IMG/VR virus record: IMGVR_UViG_3300037264_003220
Location: 26,281-90,280 of that record
Direction: 5' to 3' (one strand)
From: a virus
DNA length: 64,000 bases
A program made the translations under genes and the position numbers. The notes below the pieces were generated by a model. That model was not told the origin of the DNA, searched no databases, and saw only the letters and a list, made by a program, of their open reading frames with translations. Positions 38,922-48,294 of this stretch are shown one piece after another (position 1 is the stretch's first letter; the number at the start of each line of letters is the position of its first letter).

Positions 38922-39392
38922 TTAGGCAAGAAGCCCAAGTCGAATCTCTAAGTTTGGATTTGTGTTCGTCGGGGGCACATTCACTCGTCCAATGAAGTTG
39001 GTCAAGCCATTGGCTTGTCCCGCATCATTCGTGATGACGCCTGTGGAAGAAACCCACAGATTGTCGTTCACGTTATACGTCTTCGAGGAGTCGTACACGT
39101 CGATTGTGGTTGTGCCATTGACAGTCGAATAAAGAGAAGGGGCAACGGTGACAATACCAGCTTTAACTACGTTGATTTTGCCTGAACCGAATGCACCGAA
39201 CTCTCCAAACGTGTCGTCGCGATAAGAATTCTTATCGTTTTTGGACAGACCATAAACGAGAGTAGCTTGAGTGGAGGCGATGACCTGCGCATTGGAATCC
39301 AACGACACTGGGCGTCCGGCATAGACCACCGCAGCAGCGTTAGCAACCTTTGTTGAGTCTTCTTCCACTCTCCTATCCGTATTAATGGACAT
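38922..39392 (-). CDS. Capsid decoration/cement protein
   Basis: 156 aa beta-rich gene directly before the capsid gene; GSGKINV...IGRV..PPT motif. Confidence 0.65.
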   Translation of the reverse strand: MSINTDRRVEEDSTKVANAAAVVYAGRPVSLDSNAQVIASTQATLVYGLSKNDKNSYRDDTFGEFGAFGSGKINVVKAGIVTVAPSLYSTVNGTTTIDVYDSSKTYNVNDNLWVSSTGVITNDAGQANGLTNFIGRVNVPPTNTNPNLEIRLGLLA

Positions 39393-39432
39393 AATTATGT
39401 CCTCCGATTTTGGAGTATTTTTGCCGCTCTTA

Positions 39433-40455
39433 TTAGGAGCGAGCTATGGTGTCTTGAGTCCACAGATTTGAGAGGCGTTCGACCACGCTTCCCTGTGCGG
39501 TCTTTTCAGGACTCAGCACAACAGGGAGCACATCTCCTTCACCCTCGTCAAGGCTTCCATATGAGGCCATTCCTTCTTTCGGTGCAACTTCATTTTTCGG
39601 TTGTCCTGCTTGAGAATCTTTAGCTTCGATTTTCTCAACGATGTCCTGCAAGGCAAGCAAGGCTTTTTCGTCGAGACCAGAGAGAGCTTTACGGCAAGCT
39701 TCGAGTTCCGCTTCTTTAACGCCAAGCTCAGTCAGCTCATGGAGAATGCCGTCGATATGTTCGGCGACCACTCTTTGAGCGTCGTCTTCGGCTTTCTTTT
39801 TAAGTTCGGCTTTCGCTTGAGCGGCTTCTTTCTTCGCCAGTTCCGCTTCTCTCATGAGAACGTTCTTTTCTTCGAGCGCTCTCTTTAACAACTTCATCGG
39901 GCCATTTAGATTTTTGGATTTGAGGTCAATTGCTTTGGCAGGTTCGCCAACGCCACCCGCGTCGGGCAGACGATTGAAGAAGTCCTTGATTTTACGACCG
40001 TGCCCAGGAACCGAAGACGGCTTTTCAGCCAATTTTTTATTGGCAGCCACTTCTTCTTCGCTGAGAGCGCTCGTAACTCCGTCTTTGCTCGCGTCTTGAC
40101 GGGGAACTTCCTTCTCGTTGATAGCCCAGTTTGCATAATCAAAGTCTTTGTCGCCGGAAGTCGCAACGCGCTTCAGGTCGGCTTTGACAGTGACTTTCTG
40201 GCTATCCACCCATTTCAGGAATCCATTAAAGGTGTTGCCTGATTCTTTCTTAATCATTTCGCAAATCTGTTCGGGTTCCAAGACCTCAGATTGTTTGCCT
40301 TTCACGATAAGTTTCTGCACTTCAACAGGGACAATGTTTGCGGCTTTAATGACTTTAGCCCGTCCAGACCCTTCGCGAGCGATGAAGAAACTGCGCAGGA
40401 AAGAATCTTTCGGGTTTGCACCATCTTGAACAACGTATTTAAGTGAGAAGTCCAT
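39433..40455 (-). CDS. Scaffold-like protein
   Basis: Charged coiled-coil between protease and capsid genes; ends RLSNLW. Confidence 0.6.
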   Translation of the reverse strand: MDFSLKYVVQDGANPKDSFLRSFFIAREGSGRAKVIKAANIVPVEVQKLIVKGKQSEVLEPEQICEMIKKESGNTFNGFLKWVDSQKVTVKADLKRVATSGDKDFDYANWAINEKEVPRQDASKDGVTSALSEEEVAANKKLAEKPSSVPGHGRKIKDFFNRLPDAGGVGEPAKAIDLKSKNLNGPMKLLKRALEEKNVLMREAELAKKEAAQAKAELKKKAEDDAQRVVAEHIDGILHELTELGVKEAELEACRKALSGLDEKALLALQDIVEKIEAKDSQAGQPKNEVAPKEGMASYGSLDEGEGDVLPVVLSPEKTAQGSVVERLSNLWTQDTIARS

Positions 40456-40476
40456 TTTGTTTGCCTCCTATGGCAT

Positions 40477-42111
40477 TCAGTATTTCGGCGTTTCCGCCGT
40501 GTCTGTTTTCATGTCTATTCCAAGCAACTCGCGCCACCGTGCTATTTTCTGCATTTCAGACATTTCAGGGTTCAGAGGTTCGAGCAAAACGCCCGTCGCT
40601 TTTCCACTTCGATACAACCGAAGCAAATCTTTACCAGCTTCTTTAATCAATTTCATTTCAGGCCCAATTTCAATTGCTGCCGCTGGTTCAGCAGTCTGGG
40701 AGCCTGCATACAAATGAGTCAACAGCACGTTCGATAACGCATGAATCGCCTTATCCAACAATATCGTCGCTGCCGTTCTTGCGCCGTAAAATTCTTCTGG
40801 AGCGCACGCGTCTTGAGGAGGCGCCATAATTTCCTCTTTCACTTTATTGATTTCCTGCACGACTTCATCCGTGTGCTCCACGACTTTTTTCGTAACTTCA
40901 TTAATAATAGGAAGTTGCGCGTCAACAAGAAGACCTGATAACAGCGCGTCTACCTGTCGCATAACTTCTTCAGAAACAATCCCATCTATCTTGGATTTAA
41001 TGGCTTCCTTAATTTTTTCATCAATCTTGTCTCCGACAGGCTTCATTTCTTCCTGAATAACGGTCATGAGGTCAGGAGATGTGACGGGCGCGGTCGGGTC
41101 AATCATGACATTGGATTGTTTCTTGGGAGGGAATGAGGGTTTCTTCTTGGGAATTTTATTGAGAGGGTCTTCAATATTACCGCTGCCGGATGTATTCGAC
41201 GGCATGGCTTGCATGATTTGCTTTGGATTGGCGCCGCCAGAATCAACGGCTGGGTTCCCCTGGAATGTCGAAGGCGATTGAACATTGAGAGCGGTCTTTT
41301 GCAAGCTGGCTCGAAGCGCGAGCCGTTCTTCCGGCGTTAAACGAGCGATAGCCACATCAAGCGTGCAACGCCCATCAGGACATCCCGCCGCAATTGCTTT
41401 TTTACTTTGGTAATCGGCGGCATGGCGGAGAAGGCTCTGCTGTATGCTGGCGAACACTTCAAACACGTGCGCTTCCACATCAGCAGGCTGAGCCACGCCA
41501 GACAACTCCGAGAACGTCACTTTGCGATTGATTTCATGAGCCTTAATACCATCCGGCATTATCCGCCCTTTGCAATAAGCGCCCGACATCGGGTTCATGT
41601 GAACGCACAAATCATTCTGGGTATGCGCGACGTTCCCGCACAGAGAGCACTCCGCTTCTTCAACAGAACACCCCATGGATACTGCGTTAAGGATTCCAGC
41701 TTCAACTTGACGAGCGATATCTGCATGAGCCTTGCGGTCAACGGCAACGAGACACTCAATGTATTTGCCTTCTGGATACCAAACACTGTCAAGAATAATA
41801 CCCTTGGCTTTTTCAATGCTATCACTGTCATGTTCAATATAAAAACCTTTGCCGACAAACGAGCCATACGCCGTCGCCAATTCTTTCTCGTCAAAATAAT
41901 CACCATTGCCATTTGGAACATTGGCTGTGATAGAGCGAGCGCGGAAATAAACAAAATTGTCGGGGTCGTACTCGAATGCCTCTGTCGGCAGGAAGTCGCC
42001 CTTTTTAACAAGTGTCGACTTCTTTACCACATCAGTCCAAGACCATTTTTTTGATGTCGTGTCTTGAGACAAAATATCGGATATTTGCATGGTTGCTCGT
42101 CGTATAAACAT
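40477..42111 (-). CDS. Prohead (capsid maturation) protease with Zn-finger insertion
   Basis: PNGNGDYF, YIEHD (His), AVSMGC (Ser), CSLCGN...C.H, FSELSGVAQPAD. Confidence 0.85.
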   Translation of the reverse strand: MFIRRATMQISDILSQDTTSKKWSWTDVVKKSTLVKKGDFLPTEAFEYDPDNFVYFRARSITANVPNGNGDYFDEKELATAYGSFVGKGFYIEHDSDSIEKAKGIILDSVWYPEGKYIECLVAVDRKAHADIARQVEAGILNAVSMGCSVEEAECSLCGNVAHTQNDLCVHMNPMSGAYCKGRIMPDGIKAHEINRKVTFSELSGVAQPADVEAHVFEVFASIQQSLLRHAADYQSKKAIAAGCPDGRCTLDVAIARLTPEERLALRASLQKTALNVQSPSTFQGNPAVDSGGANPKQIMQAMPSNTSGSGNIEDPLNKIPKKKPSFPPKKQSNVMIDPTAPVTSPDLMTVIQEEMKPVGDKIDEKIKEAIKSKIDGIVSEEVMRQVDALLSGLLVDAQLPIINEVTKKVVEHTDEVVQEINKVKEEIMAPPQDACAPEEFYGARTAATILLDKAIHALSNVLLTHLYAGSQTAEPAAAIEIGPEMKLIKEAGKDLLRLYRSGKATGVLLEPLNPEMSEMQKIARWRELLGIDMKTDTAETPKY

Positions 42112-42329
42112 TATTCCTCCACAACCTCTTTAAATTCAATTTCGCCGCCGCACTTGGGACATCTAATTCCTCTGCTGCTTAATACGGCAATTCCGCCAAA
42201 AGTCTTTATCACTCCATGTGACACGGTTCCCACTTTCTCTCCGCACACGCACGTCACATTTTGCGCGTCGTCAAGAATGTATTGACACGTTTTAATCGGT
42301 TCCGGCGTTCCTTTTCTTTCAAAGCTCAT
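42111..42329 (-). CDS. Small Zn-ribbon protein
   Basis: CVCG...IRCPKCG (Com-like spacing). Confidence 0.6.
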   Translation of the reverse strand: MSFERKGTPEPIKTCQYILDDAQNVTCVCGEKVGTVSHGVIKTFGGIAVLSSRGIRCPKCGGEIEFKEVVEE

Positions 42330-42712
42330 ATGGATTTTGTTATGTTCCTCATAAATTCTTTTTCACTTTCTTCTTTCGCCCTGTACCAACGCCAAAATTT
42401 ATCACACGCTCTGTCTCTGACGCTCCCGCCCATCTTGCGTTCGGCTCGTTTTAACAACGCTCTCAGTATCAGAACGCACTCTTTAAAATACACCTTACCG
42501 TCACGCATCTTCGCAACTCCATGGTCAGGTCTGTCATCCCCGAACATAGCGTCAGCGGCATGGTCAAGAAACAGGTTGAGCGCTGGTATTAATCCCCGTG
42601 GGATTCTTATATTGGCTTTGTCGTCCCACAGCGCTTTTGCCGCTTTCTCTAACTCCCCGTCCCGCTTCCCTATCAATGTCTTCAAAGATTTTCGTTCTTT
42701 TTTCATTTGCAT
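42326..42712 (-). CDS. Hypothetical protein
   Basis: ATGA-coupled to the downstream gene; overlaps the upstream ORF by 149 nt, so the start is uncertain. Confidence 0.45.
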   Translation of the reverse strand: MQMKKERKSLKTLIGKRDGELEKAAKALWDDKANIRIPRGLIPALNLFLDHAADAMFGDDRPDHGVAKMRDGKVYFKECVLILRALLKRAERKMGGSVRDRACDKFWRWYRAKEESEKEFMRNITKSI

Positions 42713-42893
42713 ATTCGGTTATCTGCCTTCCTAATTTTTGTAATTCAACTGCCAATCCAGTCACTTCAGAATAAAAAAGACCCATGTCTTCATCATTCAA
42801 AATCCGCATCAACTGACCAAACGCTCTGTCGACCTGACTCATATAATGCAGACTGTCATTCTCAAATTCGTTCAAAGATTCCAAGCTGCTCAT
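42564..42893 (-). CDS. Hypothetical helical protein
   Basis: ATGA-coupled to the portal stop. Confidence 0.5.
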   Translation of the reverse strand: MSSLESLNEFENDSLHYMSQVDRAFGQLMRILNDEDMGLFYSEVTGLAVELQKLGRQITEYANEKRTKIFEDIDREAGRGVRESGKSAVGRQSQYKNPTGINTSAQPVS

Positions 42894-44785
42894 ATGGCTG
42901 GGCCTTCAGCGCCTGGAGTCGTCGGCAAGGTTTCCTTTTCTTCGGGAGATTCACCCGCGCCTGGCGCTCCTGGCGTCTTGGCTGGCTCAGACAATGGGGG
43001 AGGAAGTTCGCCCATCGGCCCGCCACCCATACCACCAGCCGGAGCTTCATTCAAATCCTTCAGTTTCGGCGGGCGCCGTCCGCCTGGCTTCTTGCTGTCT
43101 GCCTTCTCTTGAACCTGTTCTTTCATGGCAAGGTCATTCAAAATGTCTTGAACCTTCTCACCTTTCAGGAAGCGGTCGCGTAATTCCTTATTCTCAGCGT
43201 CATCAAGGTACGCTTTCTTAAGTTCCTGCCAGTCCTTGTCGAGATAGGTGGCTTCTTCCTTCTGGAACTGGCTCACTATGGTTTTGGATGTCAGCCCGAA
43301 CACGTCATTGATAATTTCCTGCGGGATGCGACCATCATTGCGCAAGCGTAACATCATCTCCTGCTCCTGCGTGTTATTGAGCAGGTTCAACTTCTGCCAG
43401 ATAAAGCTCGGAAGGAAATATTTTTCATCAGGAATGTTGCCGCCGCGAATCTTGATTTTATGCTCGACCTCTGCCTTGGTAGGACGAATCAACTGCTGCT
43501 CGCGAGCCATGGGAAGGAAAATCTTGTATTTGAAAATCTTTTCTATTTCAGCGCGGTCAGTGATGTAACGATGAAACAACATTTTCAGGTTCACGGTTTG
43601 TCCGGCATACGATGGCGCTTCCCCGCCGATAAGTGCTTCATTGGCAAACAAACCCACCATGATGCGCTTGCCCACCCAATCAAACCATGGAATCAAATTC
43701 TCAATCTTGTCCTTTGTCCCCACGTAATCCACGGTAAGACCAAAGTGATAGATGATGTTGTAATCAGGGTCATTCGCCGCCGACACAAGCAACTGTTTAA
43801 ATTTATCGAAATGCTTCTTTGATGGAATCCAGCCTTTGGACTCCGAGCCGAGCTTGAAAATTTTGATGGGGAACATGTGGCGGTCGACGAAAGTATATTG
43901 GAGGTAACGCAGCTTGTCTTCAAACAACAGGTCTTTCAAAACTCGCTTCACCAATGAAAGACCGCGCAACGTGTATTTCGATGTTCGATTCGCAAAGTGA
44001 ACGACCCTGTTCCCATCCAGCATATGCGGCTTGCCTCGCCCAACTGATTCGACGAATTGCTTCGGCATGAGTCCTACAATGGCTTTGTCTATGGGGTCAT
44101 TGGAGCCGACAATCTTTTGAAGCTCTGGGTCGGGGAGGAGAAAGTAAGCGGCAGAATTGGAAACATACGTCCTCTTGATGTCTATATATTCGGGAGGGTA
44201 TTGGTTCCATTCCTGCCACTCGAAATTAGTTTTGTCCCAGTTGCCATACCACACGGACTCGCCAAGCAAATGCTTGTCGCGGAGCATCCATACCGCCATC
44301 TGAAGCAGGTCAAGTTTTTCCTTGGTGTAATTGAAATAAGATTTAACTCCAGCATCATCAACATGAAGTTCAAAATCTGACAGCGGGAACGTGCTATGGA
44401 TGTCGATAACGGAGCCGACATAAGGTTGGAACTTGTAATAGTGACGAAGGCGCTTGTTGACTTCTTTGAGATTGTCTTCAGGAAAGAGAAGGAGAACGGT
44501 ATCCCATAATGGGTCGACATAAAGGAGAGGCGTGCGCACGGTATCTGACGCGGAGCTGCTTTGAAACAACTGCTGGAACTCAGCCGTTCTCTTGAACCCT
44601 TTTCCATCGCCAAGCTGACCGCCGGAGCCTATGCGGTTGAATCCCTGACTTCCTGTCCCATCGGCTTGCGCCTGTTCATAAAGCGCTTCTTTGGCTGATT
44701 CAAGCAGCTCTTGCTGGGCGGCGTTGCGATGTAGGTTCGCGCTTACGCCATCACCAACGAAATCTTCTTCAGCAGTTTTTGCCAC
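42890..44785 (-). CDS. Portal protein
   Basis: YYKFQPYVGSVIDIHSTFPLSDF, LLGESV, RVVHFA...RGLSLVKRV, PIKIFKLG; Pro/Gly-rich tail; upstream of the protease. Confidence 0.88.
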   Translation of the reverse strand: MAKTAEEDFVGDGVSANLHRNAAQQELLESAKEALYEQAQADGTGSQGFNRIGSGGQLGDGKGFKRTAEFQQLFQSSSASDTVRTPLLYVDPLWDTVLLLFPEDNLKEVNKRLRHYYKFQPYVGSVIDIHSTFPLSDFELHVDDAGVKSYFNYTKEKLDLLQMAVWMLRDKHLLGESVWYGNWDKTNFEWQEWNQYPPEYIDIKRTYVSNSAAYFLLPDPELQKIVGSNDPIDKAIVGLMPKQFVESVGRGKPHMLDGNRVVHFANRTSKYTLRGLSLVKRVLKDLLFEDKLRYLQYTFVDRHMFPIKIFKLGSESKGWIPSKKHFDKFKQLLVSAANDPDYNIIYHFGLTVDYVGTKDKIENLIPWFDWVGKRIMVGLFANEALIGGEAPSYAGQTVNLKMLFHRYITDRAEIEKIFKYKIFLPMAREQQLIRPTKAEVEHKIKIRGGNIPDEKYFLPSFIWQKLNLLNNTQEQEMMLRLRNDGRIPQEIINDVFGLTSKTIVSQFQKEEATYLDKDWQELKKAYLDDAENKELRDRFLKGEKVQDILNDLAMKEQVQEKADSKKPGGRRPPKLKDLNEAPAGGMGGGPMGELPPPLSEPAKTPGAPGAGESPEEKETLPTTPGAEGPAI

Positions 44786-45149
44786 TAAACACTCCCGTTT
44801 CTTGAAGTTTTTGAATTTGCTCAGCTTTCGGGTTCAAGGCATCGCAAATTATCGCCGTCATCTTGTTCACCACTGCGCTTTGCTGCGTCCACAACTGATT
44901 CAGTTCTTCCTTCTGCCCTTCCGCTAAATCGCTCACATACTCATATGGCACAGACACTTTCACGGCAAGACCAGTTTTGGACTGAACCATAAAAACAAAC
45001 ATACAGTTCACCACGTCATCAACCAGTCTTAATTTCCATCCCTGACTTTCCAGCGCCATCAACTCTTTTAACTGCGCTACTATTTCCGGCAATGGGACGC
45101 GCGTCAGGTTCACCACGTTCGTCAAATACCTTTCCCGCATGGCTTCCAC
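44769..45149 (-). CDS. Hypothetical protein
   Basis: Coupled ORF in the operon. Confidence 0.5.
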   Translation of the reverse strand: MEAMRERYLTNVVNLTRVPLPEIVAQLKELMALESQGWKLRLVDDVVNCMFVFMVQSKTGLAVKVSVPYEYVSDLAEGQKEELNQLWTQQSAVVNKMTAIICDALNPKAEQIQKLQETGVFSGKNC

Positions 45150-45673
45150 TATTCGAATAGAACCAGGAAGCCTCCGTAAACACCGTAACGAGTAATGTGC
45201 GTTTTAAAATCACGTCCAGTCCAGGCGCCAGCAGTAAGATATTTCAACAGACCCTGGTCGAATCCGGCATTGTCGACCGCCGCGCGTAAGGCGGGAGTGT
45301 TATTTATCAAGGTTCCACCATGAAAGTTGAGACCAACAATAGGAATGGCGCCATTCTCGGCTGCCTGGTTATCAATGGACTTCACCACGCCAACATCGGC
45401 GCTCAAAGCGCGATAACGATAAATCGCAGTCGTGCCGCCCGCCATCAAGGTGTGCTCATTGAAATCATAGAAGGTCGCCGGAGTAAGGTTGTCCAAGAGA
45501 TGAAACGAGCTATTGGATGAGACATCTCCCCAGATTTTCCCAAAGAACCCATCAACCGCAACAACGGTATTGGTGCTGGCGGCGCGAGCCGGAGCCGCAA
45601 ACAATGCCATCGCAGTCGCCATCGCCAACGCAATCCACAACACATTTTTAATCAACTTTCGTTTCATTTTCAT
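45149..45673 (-). CDS. Secreted or outer-membrane protein with signal peptide
   Basis: Basic N-region, hydrophobic core and ARA cleavage site; alternating beta strands; aromatic C-terminus (YGVYGGFLVLFE). Confidence 0.6.
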   Translation of the reverse strand: MKMKRKLIKNVLWIALAMATAMALFAAPARAASTNTVVAVDGFFGKIWGDVSSNSSFHLLDNLTPATFYDFNEHTLMAGGTTAIYRYRALSADVGVVKSIDNQAAENGAIPIVGLNFHGGTLINNTPALRAAVDNAGFDQGLLKYLTAGAWTGRDFKTHITRYGVYGGFLVLFE

Positions 45674-45678
45674 TCTCC

Positions 45679-45987
45679 TTATGCGCTGATTTCAAAGCAA
45701 TTTTTTTCTTTCAAGAACTTGAATTGCGCCCCACATGTAATCGTCTTCATCCCCTGACCCTTTCGAGGGTCGAATATCTGTCGAAACGAATGAGACACCA
45801 TGGTCTTTCCGAACGACTGAGACGCATTCAAAATAATGTCTCCAAAACATTTCGGGCACGACACTATGACTTCCGGCCCGAACGTGCCGTCAGCCTTGGA
45901 CAATAACGCCCAAGAACCTGGCGACATACTGTCTTTGCGCCAGCCCGCCAATCCAGTTGGCGCTCTCGTGGCGGCAAAGACCTTCAT
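45679..45987 (-). CDS. Small Zn-binding protein
   Basis: SCPKC...H...TCG. Confidence 0.5.
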   Translation of the reverse strand: MKVFAATRAPTGLAGWRKDSMSPGSWALLSKADGTFGPEVIVSCPKCFGDIILNASQSFGKTMVSHSFRQIFDPRKGQGMKTITCGAQFKFLKEKNCFEISA

Positions 45988-45989
45988 TG

Positions 45990-46313
45990 TTACAGCCAGT
46001 TTCCGTTGGCTCCGCCGTTCACGGCAACAGGAGCGGCATTGCTGCCAGCGTGCGGGCGCCCATCTTGTTTGTCCAAGATAGCGGGGCCGAAGCTTCTGCC
46101 ATCATATTTCACATTGGGAACGCTCTTGGTCTGGAGAGACAGAGTTCCAATACCAGTCGGTTCGCCAATAACGGCGCTTTCATTCATGGTCACGCGAGAT
46201 TCGAGAACGGTTTTGATGGGCTTGTCATCCTGAAGCGGAACGCCCTGACTGGAGATGGGTTCAGCGTTAAGAATCGGGGGAATGGCTTTGCCTGTAAAGT
46301 CGATGTATGTCAT
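45990..46313 (-). CDS. Hypothetical protein
   Basis: Strong AAGGAGG RBS. Confidence 0.6.
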   Translation of the reverse strand: MTYIDFTGKAIPPILNAEPISSQGVPLQDDKPIKTVLESRVTMNESAVIGEPTGIGTLSLQTKSVPNVKYDGRSFGPAILDKQDGRPHAGSNAAPVAVNGGANGNWL

Positions 46314-46386
46314 TTGAGTGTCCTCCTTAAATGTCCCCTTAATGGGGCGATAACCACGCCACTTCGGTTTTCGTTTTCAAAATCGT

Positions 46387-46459
46387 ATAGCCAACAAAAA
46401 AGGGGCTGAAACTGCTTAATGAATTCTTAAGCAATCTCAGCCCCTAAATGGCTGGCTAT
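46387..46459 (-). terminator. Long hairpin with U-tract (intrinsic terminator or structured leader)
   Basis: AGGGGCTGA...TGCTTAA-loop-TTAAGCA...TCAGCCCC-TTTTTT, enclosed by an outer helix ATAGCCAGC/GTTGGCTAT. Confidence 0.65.
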
Positions 46460-46718
46460 GTCGGTCGGGATTTAGGCCCGTTCGGGGTAATTACTCCCCT
46501 ACCGTTTTGCAAATTTGGTTGGCACACTTACGCGGAAATTTTCACCTTCCTCCCCTGCCAACTGGGTCAGAAGGAATAATCAGCCGCGCCGAACTAAAAA
46601 CTTTGGATGACCCCAATCAATAAACTTCTTATGAGAGCACCCCATCAACAACAAAAGCGCATAACACGTCGCCGCGAGGAGAACCCATCCCATCGGGCGG
46701 AATCTTACTGGATACTTA

Positions 46719-47033
46719 TCAGGCATCCTTCATCACGGCAAGCGTCTTTTCTTTATCTGCCACTGCGGTAAATCCTTTGACATTGTTGACGCCCGCGCTG
46801 GCGGTCTCAACAGAGATTGATTCAGGGATTGCAGTCAAAGGAGCATACGGAGGACTCTGACCAATGGCGGCGGCTTGATAATTCGTGTTCACGGTTTGAA
46901 TAACTGGCTTGCTGAAATTGTTTATTGCGGGCTGGTTGGGCACGACGCCCTGATTTTCATATTTGGTTATAAAACTACTTAGCGACGGAGAATCAATCGG
47001 TGCCGCCTTCTGCTCATTAAAAGAAAACCCCAT
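46719..47033 (-). CDS. Hypothetical protein
   Basis: 104-aa ORF in the operon. Confidence 0.5.
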   Translation of the reverse strand: MGFSFNEQKAAPIDSPSLSSFITKYENQGVVPNQPAINNFSKPVIQTVNTNYQAAAIGQSPPYAPLTAIPESISVETASAGVNNVKGFTAVADKEKTLAVMKDA

Positions 47034-47034
47034 A

Positions 47035-47658
47035 TTAAACCCCCACAGTTAAAGATTTTTTAACATCCCAACCACTTTTGAATCTATACCATAATGTTCC
47101 AGTTGATAATCCTATTTTTTCAGCCCAAGCAGACATTGGCATAGTTAAACCATTAAATGAAATCATCTTATTTCTTGATGTATTTCTTTGCTGTTCCTTT
47201 CTTGTTGCCCATCTAACATTTCCTGGTTCATAATTACCGTCGTTATTAATGCGGTCGAGAGAATATTCAGGAGACGGTCTAAGTCCATTATCGGCTATGA
47301 AATTTTCAAATTTGTGCCAAGGCGGATGGACTGCAATATTGCGACCGCCGTAATTTTTATAACCTTTAGTGTTTCGATTCTCGCAACGTTGAATCATCAT
47401 ATTCCAAATAGAATATTCGGCAGCTCTATTACTTCTTGTCGAATATCCATGTTTTAAATTTCTATCAATCGTCGTCTTTCTCACCAAGCATCCGCACGAT
47501 TGAGCCTGCCCGCCTTGTAAGTTACTATGAAGAATTAATTTAATATTTCCGCAATCACATTGGCACAACCAGTAATGCCTATATCCGCGCATTTCTCCAA
47601 AACCAATAACTTTTAACAAACCAAATACACGACTCATTAAATCAGAGCGAATCTTCAT
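47035..47658 (-). CDS. HNH homing endonuclease
   Basis: WLCQCDCG, SCGC, YGGRNI, SLDRINNDGNYEPGNVRWAT. Confidence 0.88.
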   Translation of the reverse strand: MKIRSDLMSRVFGLLKVIGFGEMRGYRHYWLCQCDCGNIKLILHSNLQGGQAQSCGCLVRKTTIDRNLKHGYSTRSNRAAEYSIWNMMIQRCENRNTKGYKNYGGRNIAVHPPWHKFENFIADNGLRPSPEYSLDRINNDGNYEPGNVRWATRKEQQRNTSRNKMISFNGLTMPMSAWAEKIGLSTGTLWYRFKSGWDVKKSLTVGV

Positions 47659-47670
47659 ATCGCCTCCGAA

Positions 47671-47889
47671 TTAATAGTCTTGAATGATAGGCTGTTCGCG
47701 GCAAGAAATCCATTGCTTAGCTTCCGCAATAGGGAGTCCGCTTTTGATGAAAAAAGACAAAAGCTCTGCTTCGCTCTCATATTGAGTGCTGGCAAGAATT
47801 GTCCGAACCCAAGCCGTGCGTGTTGAGACCAAAGAGTTGTCACTCTTTTGAGAAGATTTCCGTTGGTCTGACACTTTAGTCCACTGCAT
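47671..47889 (-). CDS. Small protein with MQWTKVS leader
   Basis: AAGGA RBS; leader shared with neighbouring genes; internal TRTA. Confidence 0.55.
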   Translation of the reverse strand: MQWTKVSDQRKSSQKSDNSLVSTRTAWVRTILASTQYESEAELLSFFIKSGLPIAEAKQWISCREQPIIQDY

Positions 47890-48040
47890 TTTAGTTTTCC
47901 TTTATTACACTGATTTTCAGAGCGGTTCGCGTTCATGTTCTGTTTTCCTTTAACATCCGCAATTTTGCTTTGTCTTCTTAAGCATATTCGCTTTATACTT
48001 CCGCAGTATCGCGGCTGAGCTTACAATAACGATAATCAAC

Positions 48041-48069
48041 ATTATAAGTGAAAACAGCACAATTTTCAT
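48041..48069 (-). promoter_or_regulatory. Putative sigma70-type promoter (ATGAAA-N17-TATAAT)
   Basis: Perfect -10 box and 4/6 -35 box in an AT-rich intergenic gap. Confidence 0.35.
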
Positions 48070-48078
48070 ACTTGTTTT

Positions 48079-48294
48079 TCAAACTCCCGCTGGTCTATAT
48101 ACTCCAACTCCGCTCAAATCCTGAACTCCTATCTGCCCGCCTGAGAACGCCATCGCAATTTCCAGAGGCGCTTTCGTATATTCCGTGTAAAGCGTTAAAC
48201 CAATCTGAGAAACGATGATGTCACTTAATGGTATCGGTGCAAATTCTTTCCCCGCTGGGCCGCCGCCAAAGTTGACGCCAGAATCGTCACTCAT
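48079..48294 (-). CDS. Hypothetical protein
   Basis: TAATG-coupled ORF. Confidence 0.5.
   Translation of the reverse strand: MSDDSGVNFGGGPAGKEFAPIPLSDIIVSQIGLTLYTEYTKAPLEIAMAFSGGQIGVQDLSGVGVYRPAGV

Noticed and set aside
47655-47936. 93-aa ORF overlapping the MQWTKVS gene
   Set aside because: The alternative frame 47671..47889 carries the shared leader and ends cleanly before the HNH gene's RBS.
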